Part shown: positions 41,341-52,581 of the stretch, piece after piece
How the letters are laid out: each line of letters begins with the position of its first letter
Numbering within the stretch: position 1 is the stretch's first letter
NCBI RefSeq assembly: GCF_009914755.1
Contig: NC_060930.1
DNA: 64,000 nucleotides
From: the human T2T-CHM13v2.0 reference genome, Homo sapiens
Direction: 5' to 3' (one strand)
The notes under the pieces: generated by a model
Told to the model about the DNA's origin: nothing
Seen by the model: the letters and a program-made list of their open reading frames with translations, nothing else
Databases searched by the model: none
Program-made: the position numbers and the translations under genes

Positions 41341-41699
41341 AGGCTCAGAGTACCTGGGGTCTTCCGCTGTGTCCCAGGACCCTGAGAGGCAGCGCAGTTG
41401 GGTCAGCTGACAAGACTGTCCTGACGAAGGGGCAGCATGCTGATGTCTCTTCTGGTATAAGCTCCTTGTCTTGTGACGAGATGACACGTTGAGTGGCACT
41501 GGTCAGAGAGCGAATGAGAAATGTTGTGGAGATGTCGTGATTGTTAAACATGTTCTTTCCCTCAATTCTGGCGCTCCTCCCGTGGAAAAGCGGAGCCTCT
41601 CCCCTTGGACACGGGCAGGAGCGCGTGTGGTGGAGGTGACCTTCCCGTCCATGAGGCCACATCTGAAAGTCGCGTGAGAAGACCCATCTGGCGCTCTCA

Positions 41700-42410
41700 G
41701 GCGACATGAGCCTTAACACGGGCTGGCGCGCAAGAAGTCTGGCTATTCACATCAGAAGGCTGGCGATAATCGAAGAGTGGAAAGTGCCAGCGAGGATGTG
41801 GAGAGGCTGGAACGCTTGCGTGTCGCTGGCGGGAATGTGAAACGGCACAGCCGCTGTGGTAGACCCTCTGCTGGCTTGTCAAAAACTCCAAAAGGAATCA
41901 CCACGTGACCCAGCAATGCCACTGCTAGGCATACACGAGAGAGAGCTGAAAGCTGGGACTCACACAAGTCCTCCCATGTTCCAGGCAGCCCTGTTCATGA
42001 CAACCCAAAGTAGAAACAACCCAAGTGTCCGTCAGGGGGCCGAAGGATACACAAAGCCTGATGCAGCCCCGCAGTTCAGCCATAAACGAAGGAAAGTGCT
42101 GACCCGAGCGGCAGCCCAGGTGAACCTCGGAAACATTCTGCAAAGTGAAAGGAGCCAGCCACGAAGGTGAACGTGTGGTTCCGTGTACATGCAACAGCAG
42201 GGTGGGGAGCGCGGCAGAGACAGACAGCAGGTGGGCTGGCACCAGGAGCTGGGGGAGGAGAGGATAAGAGCAACTGCCCAATGGGTGTGGGGATCCCTTC
42301 TGGGAAGTGGTGGTTGCACAACACCATGATGTGCCGAATGCCACCGAATTGTTCATTTTAAATGGTGAATTTTACGTTCTGTGAATTTCACCTCAATTAA
42401 AGAAAAAAAA
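41700..42410 (+). mobile_element. Old L1 (L1MB-type) 3' end, GC/CpG-enriched
   Basis: gaggatgtggagaggctggaac...gacccagcaatgccactgctaggcatac...tgtgaatttcacctcaattaaagaaaaaaaa. Confidence 0.8.
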
Positions 42411-43177
42411 TATTGCTCCTTTGAAGCCTCCATGCTGAAGAGACCATGTGGCAAGACCAGACGGAGACAGTGGTGCCCAGGTGCCCAGCTGTGCACCAGC
42501 AGCACCCATGGCCAGTGAGCAAGGCTTCAGATGGCCCACCCCAACCTTTGGGCTGACCTGGTGGTGCCAAGCGGAGCAGATAGGAGCCGTCCCTGCCAAG
42601 CCCTGGCCAAACTACAGGTTCCCCAGCAAAACAAACGTTTAGGCCACCAAGTCCTGCAGGGATGGTTCTGCGATGTCAGAGGGCTTGCAGGGAGCTGTCG
42701 GCCCCACAGCAGTCATGGGTTGAGAGTGGGCTCAGTCAGCCAGGTTCCAGAGGGTGTTGCTGGGCCCCCCAGGTGGCTGTGCCAGGTGAGGATGGGACTA
42801 GAGAGCTGTGTGGGGACCAGATAGGGGAGAGGGCCCTCCTGGGGGGCCTGTCATGAGCAGGGACAAAGGGTGTGACATCAGCAGTCCTGGTAGACTCAAG
42901 GCAGGAAGTGCGGGTAGGGCAGTGGACGGCAGGAGGAGGGAGAGTTCTGGCACCTTCCATGAGGCACTCAAAGGAAGACCTGCCCCTTCCAGGCCCCGCG
43001 GTTCCTCCTCCACTTGGTCAGCTCTGGCAGCAGGGAAGGGAGCCCCGGGCCTGGAGTCAGGATGCGGTTCTGGGCCAGATCAGCCTCTCCTAGGCTGGGA
43101 GAGCTCTAACGGGGCCCCGGCCTCTCGTTCCCTAGCTGGAGAATGTGGAAGGTTCCACAATCTCAGACCCTTGCCTG

Positions 43178-43352
43178 GTGGCTCTCAGCCATGACTGCCT
43201 TTAGAATCACCCGCGGAGTTTTTAAAGATTTCCGTGTCTGAATCCGCCCAAGACCAAAACCAAGTCAGTCTCTGGGGTGGCCGGTCAGGGGTGGTTCCTC
43301 ACAAAGCTCTGCAGGCAATTCCAGGGTGCAGCCAGATCAAAGCCACCACCCT
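43178..43352. mobile_element. MER5-family (hAT-Charlie) fossil
   Basis: ttagaatcacccgcggagtttttaaa...caggcaattccagggtgcagccag. Confidence 0.55.
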
Positions 43353-43613
43353 AATGCAGCCTTGCTGCTGCCCTGCCGCGCGAAGGCACGAAAGCCTGAA
43401 TCTGGAACCTGCGACACCCTCATTCTCCAACTGGAGCGCCCCAGTGTGCAGACGGAGCGAGTCCTGGGTGGATTTTCTCAGAAATGGCTTCCCATTTTTT
43501 TTCCCCTTAAACTTGCAAGGCCCATGGAAGCTGGGCAATAGTGTGTGATGGAGGACATCGGACTTGGCCCCACATGATGTCATTGTCTTCCGTGGGTGCT
43601 AGGTGCTTTTCAT

Positions 43614-43720
43614 AGGCCCCTGGGCACCTCCACCTCCAAGCAGGGCCCTGGGGCACACCTCCCTCCAGGCAGGGCCCTGGGGCACACCTCCCTCCAGGCA
43701 GGGCCCTGGGGCACACCTCT
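43614..43720. repeat. 29-bp GC-rich tandem repeat x~3.6
   Basis: cagggccctggggcacacctccctccagg at 43641, 43670 and 43699. Confidence 0.93.
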
Positions 43721-45654
43721 GGCCTCCAGCAGCTCTGAGGGGAAGCTCGGGTTTGCCAGGAGCAGCAGCCACTTTCTTGCATCCTTGTCTCTTAGTGATC
43801 TGCTGCCCCAAGAGGGCTGTGGTGACAGGTGGGCATCAGGGCATCACCGGGAATGGCACAAATACAGCAGACGTCTTACCACGTCCGTGCCTCGCTCCCA
43901 CTGGCCCAGTGGTCAGGAGTGGCCAGGCTGCCACTTCCCTCTTGCGTTTCTGTCCCCCTCAACCCCTGCAGGCTCCTGAGCTGCCCCTGCCCACTTCAGG
44001 GCATCTGAGCAGTGTCCTTGGCCCTCGGTCACATCTGCAGTGTCGTCAATCGGGGTGGGCGCTTGTGGTCCCATGGAAGGGCCTCCCGGCTCGGGCCTGT
44101 TGCCCTGTACCCAGCGCTGCTGCCCCTCAGACTTCCCTCGTATCTCCCCAACAGCTTCTGGAGGCCAGCAGGGTGCCCCAGGGCCCTGCCCACTCCCAAA
44201 GGACCAGGCCCCTAGAGGTGGAGGTGTTGGGGGGAAGGTGGCTCCAAATACTCTGAGGAGCCCACATTTCCAAAAGGGACCCAAAAAAGACAGGAGACAC
44301 AGCCGGGAGGAATGCGCAGGAGTGGAGTGGACGGAGGTGCCTGACAGTGAAATGCAGTGTTAGGACTATGTTGTAATAAAAATGCAGGCAGAAAGGGCCA
44401 CTGGTGTAGACCCAGAGAATGTTAACATCATCACAACGGCTGGCGTCTCTCTCGCTCGCTCTCTTACACACACACACACACACTCACCACCTCCCCCAAC
44501 CCCTGCCCCAGGCTCATTTAACCCTCACAGTCCCAAAAGGTGCTACTGTTAGCTCCACTGGACAGATGAGAAAACCAAGGCTGCTGAGCAGGTGCGGGGA
44601 AGGAAGGAAGCCCCATGGCGTTCTTTGCCTTGGAGCAGATAGGGCCTGCCCTGGCGGAGGCGCGGCCACTCTGAATTGCTCGTGGGTCCAAGGACTGGGT
44701 TCAACATGGAAACGTCCAGTCCAGCCTGCCCGGGGCTTTGGGTCATCCTGTTTCTTGGCTTCCGCCATTTCCTGAGCTGCTGGCACCTTCTTGTTTTCCA
44801 TTCTGGTTTTGTTTTTTTGTTGTTGTTGTTGTTTTTAAACGATTGGTCTTTTTGGTCATTGCTTATGATGGGGTGAAGGGGTGTAACGTGCTTATCTTAC
44901 CTTTTGCACACATTCCATTTTAGTCAAGACTGTCAACTTGCCCTCCAAACTGGCAGTCTGCCACCTGGAATTCAAAGTCCAAGATCTTTAAAATTAAACT
45001 AGGTGAAACAAGTAGAATGTTCTGGAATTTTTGAGGTCTCAGCTAGGTGAGGAGACAATGAAATGTGGAGCCACTTCAGAAGAGTCTGTCCTTCCACGTC
45101 CTGGGCCAGTGAATCCTGGTATGGAATACGCAGGGTGGCTACGGGGCGCTGGTGGGAAATCCCGTCAATGGAAGAAATGCTAAGACTCTAGAGGTGGGCA
45201 AAGGGTGTCTTTAGAGTCTGTCGTCAGTCCCCACCAAAATGAAAGACCATCAGAAAAGGAAAATGGGGTCCCAGACCCCACACAGGAGCTTATAATGAGC
45301 CTCAGGGACTGTCCCAAACTCCAAAAACTACGTGAGCACCTACCAGAGCCCGATGCTGCCCGTGGGCCTGGCCGGCCCTCAGCCTCCTCTTGCTTGAGCC
45401 CGCCCTGCCTTGGGCTGCATTGCCAGCTGTGGGGACAGCCTCGGAGCCCTCAGCCTCCCTCACTGTCCCCTTTTGCCTCCGTAGGCTCCAGCTGCTTGGC
45501 TACCCAGGGCTCAACGTGGGACCAGCCCCTCTGCCTGGTCCCCTCCTCTAGGCTCTTGGTTCTAAACACCGGAGATGCCAGTGACCCCAACCCCTCCCTC
45601 TAGCTGGGACCTCACCCGTCCCCGGGCTCAGGGTCCTCGCCGCTGACTGCACAT

Positions 45655-45846
45655 CTAGTCCAGCTGTCCTCTGAAGCGCTGGGTGGGTTGTCAGAATCAG
45701 AACCAAGGAGAGCACTTAAGAATGCCAACCCCTGGGTCCACAGCAGCCCCCCAATCAGAGCCTGTAGGGGCGGGTGGTGTAGACATGTCACTTGGTCAAG
45801 TTCCCAGGTGATTCTTACCCACCACACAGTTTGAGAACTGTTCTAG
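45655..45846. mobile_element. MER5-family fossil
   Basis: ...aagttcccaggtgattcttac...agtttgagaactgttctag terminus. Confidence 0.6.
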
Positions 45847-45883
45847 TAGTCATCGAGCAAAACAGAAACACATTACAACCTGA

Positions 45884-46287
<404 letters not shown>

Positions 46288-46636
46288 CCACTCCTGGTGT
46301 TAAAACGGTTTTACTCTGCTGACGTCTGAAGACAAGGCATGATCCTCTGGCTTGGGATAATGTGAGGAAGTTGCTGTTTTTCCATCACAGACTAGTGTGA
46401 ACTTTAATTTGTGTCATTTTCTTTACTTGTTGGGGTTTGTGTTTGCGGTTTCTAAGTCTGGCTCCCTGACCTCCTCTCTCTCTGGTAAACCCAGCATGTC
46501 CAAAACTGACCACCTCCAAGCGGCTCCTCCGCAGCCTTGCAAGTCCGGAAACGGCAATCCCATCTGGGGGTCAGCCTTGCCTCTGCTTCTTCTCTCAGGC
46601 CGTGCGTGCAGCAATCCTGCGGGGGGGCCCCCCGGG

Positions 46637-47460
46637 ATAGCAGAGCCCTCCACCTCCCCCCTCTGCACAGCAGAGCCCTCCACCTCCCCCTCTACCCGCA
46701 CAGCAGAGCCCTCCACCTCCCCCCACCCGCACAGCAGAGCCCTCCACCTCCCCCCACCCGCACAGCAGAGCCCTCCACCTCCCCCCACCCGCACAGCAGA
46801 GCCCTCCACCTCCCCCAGCACAGCAGAACCCTCCACCTCCCCCACGCACAGCAGAGCCCTCCACCTCCCCCACGCACAGCAGAGCCCTCCACCTCCCCCA
46901 CGTACAGCAGAACCCTCCACCTCCCCCCTGCGCACAGCAGAGCCCTCCACCTCCCCCACCACCGGCACAGCAGAGCCCTCCACCTCCCCCACCACCGGCA
47001 CAGCAGAGCCCTCCACCTCCCCCCTCCGCACAGCAGAGCCCTCCACCTCCCCCTCTACCCACACAGCAGAGACCTCCACCTCCCCCCACCCGCACAGCAG
47101 AGCCCTCCACCTCCCCCCACCCGCACAGCAGAGCCCTCCACCTCCCCCACGCACAGCAGAGCCCTCCACCTCCCCCACGTACAGCAGAACCCTCCACCTC
47201 GCCGCTGCGCACAGCAGAGCCCTCCACCTTCCCCCTCCGCACAGCAGAGCCCTCCACCTCCCCCACCACCGGCACAGCAGAGCCCTCCACCTCCCCGCCG
47301 CCCTCACAGCAGAGCCCTCCACCTCCCCCGCACTCCCATAGCAGAGCCCTCCACCCAGCACAGCCTCCACCTCCCCGTGCACAGCAGAGCCCTCCACCTC
47401 CCCTCTCCGCACAGAAGAGCCTCCACCTCCCCGTGCACAGCAAAGCCCTCCACCGCCCCT
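46637..47460. repeat. C-rich/G-rich minisatellite (VNTR), ~27 units of ~28-33 bp
   Basis: Core gcacagcagagccctccacctccccc with variable spacers (cacc, tctacc, accaccg, acgt). Confidence 0.97.
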
Positions 47461-49140
47461 GCTCACCCCCCACCGTCGCCATCCTCAATCCTTCCCAGCC
47501 CCATCGGCCCCCAGTGCACTCTCCAGGCAGCGGCCTGGTGAGCCTGTCCCAGTGTGAAACCGACCAGGGCCTCCTGTGCTCAGAACTTTCCACTGGCTCC
47601 CACCTCAGAGACAAGCCCGATTTTCCATAGGGATCCATGAAGCCTCCTCACCGCCTCACACCGGCCCGCCACCCCTCCCCCTCCTCCGCCACACCAGCCA
47701 GGAGGCATCGAGCCTTCTTCCCCTGGCCCCCTCCTCCTGGAAGTCTCCCCCAGAGGGCCACGACTCTTGTTCCCCACCCCTCAGGGCTTTACTCAGCTGT
47801 CACCTTCTCTGGAAGCCTCTCTGGGCCACGGACTTCAACATGCACGCCCAGCCCGGCATCCTCTCCCTCTGCACATGGGCTGGGCCACATTCACACTGAC
47901 GCTGGTGTCTGCTCCCTGGAAGGTGAGGGAGGGCAAGAGGGGCAGCCTCCCTGCTCCATCCCCAGCACTTGGGAGGCAGGCGGCATGGGGGGGTGGTGGG
48001 GGGGTACAGTGGCCTGGGCGGGGCGGTGGCAGGACAAAGCCCAGTGCTCTCTGGATTGGGTTTTGTCTTGTTCAACACTCACGTCAGCCAATTATTGGCA
48101 ACAAGTTGTCAGTTCTGGAAGATCGAAGCTAGGTGGGTGTGCTCCCGAAAGGATGCCTGCATGGTTTGGAAATGGAGCACCTGACTTGGAGCCCCAGTGC
48201 TCGGCCAAAGCCACCAGGTGGAAGTTAACCAAAAACATGGAGAGTCCCTAGTGCAGGTTCCAAGAAAAAATTCCACTGAGAGGAGCAGACCCCTGCCTGG
48301 TTTCCACGTGACAACAGCTCAGGAGGAGGCCAAGGCTCCAGGTGGCCGGGGTCCCTCATGTTCAGCGCATGGAGCCTTGGGCCCCACATGCACCAGCGGA
48401 GTTGCTGGAGACTCAGGCCCAGTTGTGGGGTCACAGGAGAGGGCACTGGATCCCAGACGGCAGGGCCTGCAACACTGAGTTCACACACCCAGGACTCGAG
48501 ATTGGGGCCAGGGAGAGCGGCAGCGCCTGCAAGGGGCCGCCTCCTGGCTCACTGGTTCCCTTCCCCGCATCTCCCCTGGGAAGCAAGATAAATGGGGGAA
48601 GTTGCTACCAAATACTCACGGGCTCATCAGGTAGAAGAAGCAAGACATGAGGAAGAAAGCAGCTGGGGCTAAGCTCAGAGGAGGAGAAATGACAAGGGAA
48701 GGGGACTGGGTTCAAGGTGGTGTTTCCTAACCCCCCAAAAATGGCATCGAATAGGCCATGGGGTGGGGTGGAGAGAGTGCCACAGGAGGTGGGAGGGAGC
48801 TGGACAGCCCCTCCACCCTGAGGGAAGGCCCTCAGAGCCGGTGACAGTGCTGGCCCAAATCCGCTGGATCTGCCCACGCCGCCGCCCTGGAGCAAGCCGG
48901 CCTCTCTGTGCCTGCTTTGCTCCAGGGCTGTCTGCCTCCCTCCACAAGGCAGAGGAAGCGAGCGGGGGCCTGGGTGGACACCCCTGAGTGCCTGGGCCTG
49001 CAGAGAGGGCCGGATGGCAGTGTCCATATGAGGGCACTGGGGCAGAGGGGCTGACCCTGGCCTGGGCCCCCTGCTTGTCCCTGGGCATCGAGAGGGGTTG
49101 CTGCAGAGAGTGACGACTCGAATACAGCACAAGTCACCAC

Positions 49141-49146
49141 TTTATT
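49141..49146 (-). terminator. BTBD9 distal polyadenylation signal (AATAAA)
   Basis: tttatt on + strand; TGTACA (UGUA on either strand) at 49205-49210 lies upstream in transcript orientation. Confidence 0.8.
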
Positions 49147-52100
49147 TCTAAGAGAAAACCTGCATTTTCACACACATGGACTCAGGGGTTTCGAACACAC
49201 GGTTTGTACATCTGCCCGCTTAGGTTGCTCTGCAAAATGAGGAAGAAGCCGCATCGTGCTCACAAATAATACACATTCCACATAGCAGCACAGCCTTTTG
49301 GGCATCTTTGGAGTTTTAGACGGAGCTTCTGGAGTCACAGAGCCACTCCCAACCCAGGCCTGGCATGGTCCCTGCCCTTGCATCAGAGTGGCCTGGGAGG
49401 TACACACATCTTTACAGGCCCAGAAACGCCAAAGGCTGGGAGGCTCTTGTTCTCTGGTGAATCCGGATTCAAGACAGGCTTCGCAAAAGCAGCTCTTGGG
49501 CCGAGCTCCAGGCCTAGCCCTGAGGACCCCTGGCCTCCTGGCGCCCCTCCAGAGTCTCACGCTTCTCCAGGCACTGGGGGGTGGGGAAGGGTGGCCTCAG
49601 GGACATAAGGACCAGGGAGCGTGTGATGGAGAGATTTCTCACTGTTCTTCTGAGGGGGTGCAGCCTCTCTGAAGGTCACTGTGGAGGGCGCACCAAGGCC
49701 TGGAGAGCCTTGGGGAGAGATCAGGCCCCACAGACCTGGAAGCTCTGCCCCAGTATCCCCCAGCCTGGGCGGCCGGGCTGTGCTCCCTGAGGACCTTACT
49801 GGCAGCACCCTGCCCTGCTGACCCTGGAAGCAGCTGATTGAGGGGCCTGGGAAGACCCCATGGCCTCCAGCAGGTCTCAGAATGACTCCTGTAGTGGCTA
49901 GGACTAGGGCACTGGCCGCACCCTCAGGCCCAGGTGGGAAGTGTGGGCTGGGGGTAAACCCAGCAACTCAGGACTAGCAGCAGCCATCAGGGGCTGTGGT
50001 GCAGGAGCAGCCACCAGGGCAGCACCAGGAGGCAAAGGCCCTGAGGGAGATGAGCTGGTGCCGTCCCCTCCCAATTCCGCTCAGATGGGCACCCTCGCCT
50101 TCCTGGGACATAAACCCCTGGGGCTCATGTGGTGGGGAGCAATTTGGCAGCAGACAGATGGACTAATATCAACGTCTCCAGTGACCCAGGGCCCAGTCCC
50201 TGCCCTGAAGGCTGCTCAGCCCCTCCAGCCCCCGTCCCGCCTCGCAACGCCTCCTCTGCGCCAGGGCCAGGGCCTCTCCCCCTAGTGGAGCGACTGTCCA
50301 CTGGCTTTCAAAGGCGGCACTCCTCAGCTGTCACAGCCGCAGTGACAGCCTTGGGGAGGCTGAGGGGGCTCTGTCAACCAGGGGACACTAGTGGGGACAG
50401 GTGTGTAGCTCCTGGCTGCAGGGCCTCCTCCACCCCCCCTCCCCCCCGCCCATTCAGGGCTATAAATACTCACGGACGCAAATGGTAAATGCTCCCAGAC
50501 ATTTATCATAAATTACAGGTGGATGATTGTGAGTCTTCAGGCCATGAGGCCTCTTGGGGACTATTTCAGTTCTTTAAAAAAAAGAAGACACGAAGCTGAT
50601 GGGGCAGGAGGGCCGTTCAGCCTGGCTTCTGACTGGAAGCTCGCTGGGTGCAGCAGACTGGCCTGGGAGATGCCAGGGTGCTGGGTGGGTTGGAGGCTGG
50701 GCCAGGGAGCACCGTGACCAGTGGTGGTCACAGAGGACGTGAACGATGACGTGGGCCCAGGTCGGAAGCAGCCAGAGCCAGATGAAGGGCACCTGGCCCC
50801 TTCCGCGAGGTTGGAGCATTATGCCAGGAACAGGTGTTCCCTGTACACTTTTTTAAGTGAGTAAAGAGAACAGTGATTTTCAAACAATGGTGTGTCGGGT
50901 GGGGCGGCTCTTCCATGCACCTGTCCCCTGCCTCTGCATGAGCCCAGCAGAAAATCCTAGCTGGAAGGCCGTGGGGCTTGGGGCCAGCACTGTGCAAAGG
51001 ATGGGTGAGCACGCTGTCCCTCGGAGCGTCCTCAGTGGTGCAGCCAAGAGCCAGGAAGGGCACAGCCTCTTTCCTCCTCCCTGATGGAAGCCAGAGACCT
51101 ACCACAAACAAAGACCTGCTGCCTCCGCCCCTCCTCCCTCCGCCTCGCCTCTGCAACCGGTCTTTCCTCCAAGCAAACCTTTTCCGCGCCCTTCACCATT
51201 CACTCTGCAAATGACCAGGGCCTCCAAATCCCGTCCAGCCCCAGGTATGACTGGATCCGTGTCAGCGAGAGAGATGGGGGCATTCCAGTTGTCCTGCATG
51301 CCATTTAAACCTTGCCCTTCCCTCTCTTCTGGAAACTCTGAGCAAACACCAGGCACTAGGACAACTTCTAATTTAATATTATAATAATAAAAGCCACGGT
51401 GGCACAGAACCATGAACTGCACTTTAAATTCCTAACTGAACTCCTGCCGGGGCTGTTGTCAGGAAAAATATGCAGAATCAATGGCTGCAGCTGCCAAAAC
51501 AAATGGAGTATGCCCACCTCTGCCACGGCATCGCTGCAGACCTGCCCTGCCCGGGCCGTGCCCGACCTGGGCATCGCTCGGAGGAGCTGGTCACCACATA
51601 GAAGGTAAGATTAAAATAATAACACCGACAAGCAAGCACTAATGAGGAAAAACTCCTGGAAGGAAGCAAATTTAATTTTCTTTTCCTCTTTGACACCTTT
51701 CTTCCCTGTCCAAAGGGAGGTTCTTAATTGAAGTCTGTGAGGGGAGCGCTCCATCTCTTTATCACCAAGTGGCCTCAGTACACAGAACGCTCGCTTTTTA
51801 TTGTAGATTATACCTTCCTTTTCCCCCTTGGCTCTGGAAAGGATAAGTGATTACAATTTTGTTATCTTCTAAATTAAAAAGAAGGTGAAGTTGACTGGGC
51901 TGGAGCCATCTGCACAGCAGTTTGACAACTGGGGCGACAGCATAATACTGGGCAATTTTTTGCACAATTCAAAAGCTTTTTTTCTCTTTTTTGCCAAGGA
52001 ATCAGTTTAACAAACATCCTACTCTTGCTGAAAATAATTTCTTTTCCCAACTCTTCTAGGAATAAAACACTTTTAATGTATTTGTCAGGAATCGACACTT

Positions 52101-52229
52101 CATTTAATAGGATTTAAAAAGTGACAATTTAAAGAGCAATTGAGAAGAGTCCCACATCCATCATGGCTTGTGCTTCTAACTAAAATCAAAGGAATGAAAG
52201 CAGAAAAAGCACTGAGAAAATGGTAAAAC

Positions 52230-52231
<2 letters not shown>

Positions 52232-52276
<45 letters not shown>
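52232..52276. repeat. (GT)n microsatellite ((CA)n in BTBD9 mRNA)
   Basis: Directly visible. Confidence 0.97.
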
Positions 52277-52278
<2 letters not shown>

Positions 52279-52517
52279 AGGGAGAGACGGTGGGGGCGGG
52301 GGGTGGTTCATAGCTGCTTCAAGTCCAAAGTGCTCACAACGGCTCCTGTGAGACTGCCCTGCTGGGTGCTGGCTGCATGGACACAGCTGCTGCCCAGCAC
52401 ACACCCTACCTGCCCTACACTCTCAGTCCACCCCAAATGACCCTCCCCAGAGCTGCCAGAAGGTGACTTTGAAGGCTTTTTTCCCCAAAAGCTCCAATGA
52501 AGTTGCCTTTCTACTCT

Positions 52518-52518
<1 letters not shown>

Positions 52519-52561
<43 letters not shown>

Positions 52562-52581
52562 ATAATAATAATAATAATAAT
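52519..52581. repeat. A41 followed by (TAA)n
   Basis: Directly visible; no Alu or L1 body adjacent. Confidence 0.95.

Noticed and set aside
43603-44256. 217-aa ORF
   Set aside because: Starts in a 29-bp tandem repeat, GC-rich, no domain or exon evidence.
46637-47460. CRISPR-like look (constant core plus variable spacer)
   Set aside because: Spacers are only a few nt, C-rich and recurrent; eukaryotic context with no cas genes. Ordinary variant-repeat minisatellite.
46397-47638. Four long ORFs (314-347 aa) on both strands
   Set aside because: They arise from a stop-free minisatellite; low-complexity repetitive translations in several frames, no gene structure.
48210-48224. CTCF-like motif gccaccaggtggaag between the convergent genes
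   Set aside because: Mismatch at a core position, and such words are common in GC-rich DNA; needs ChIP data.
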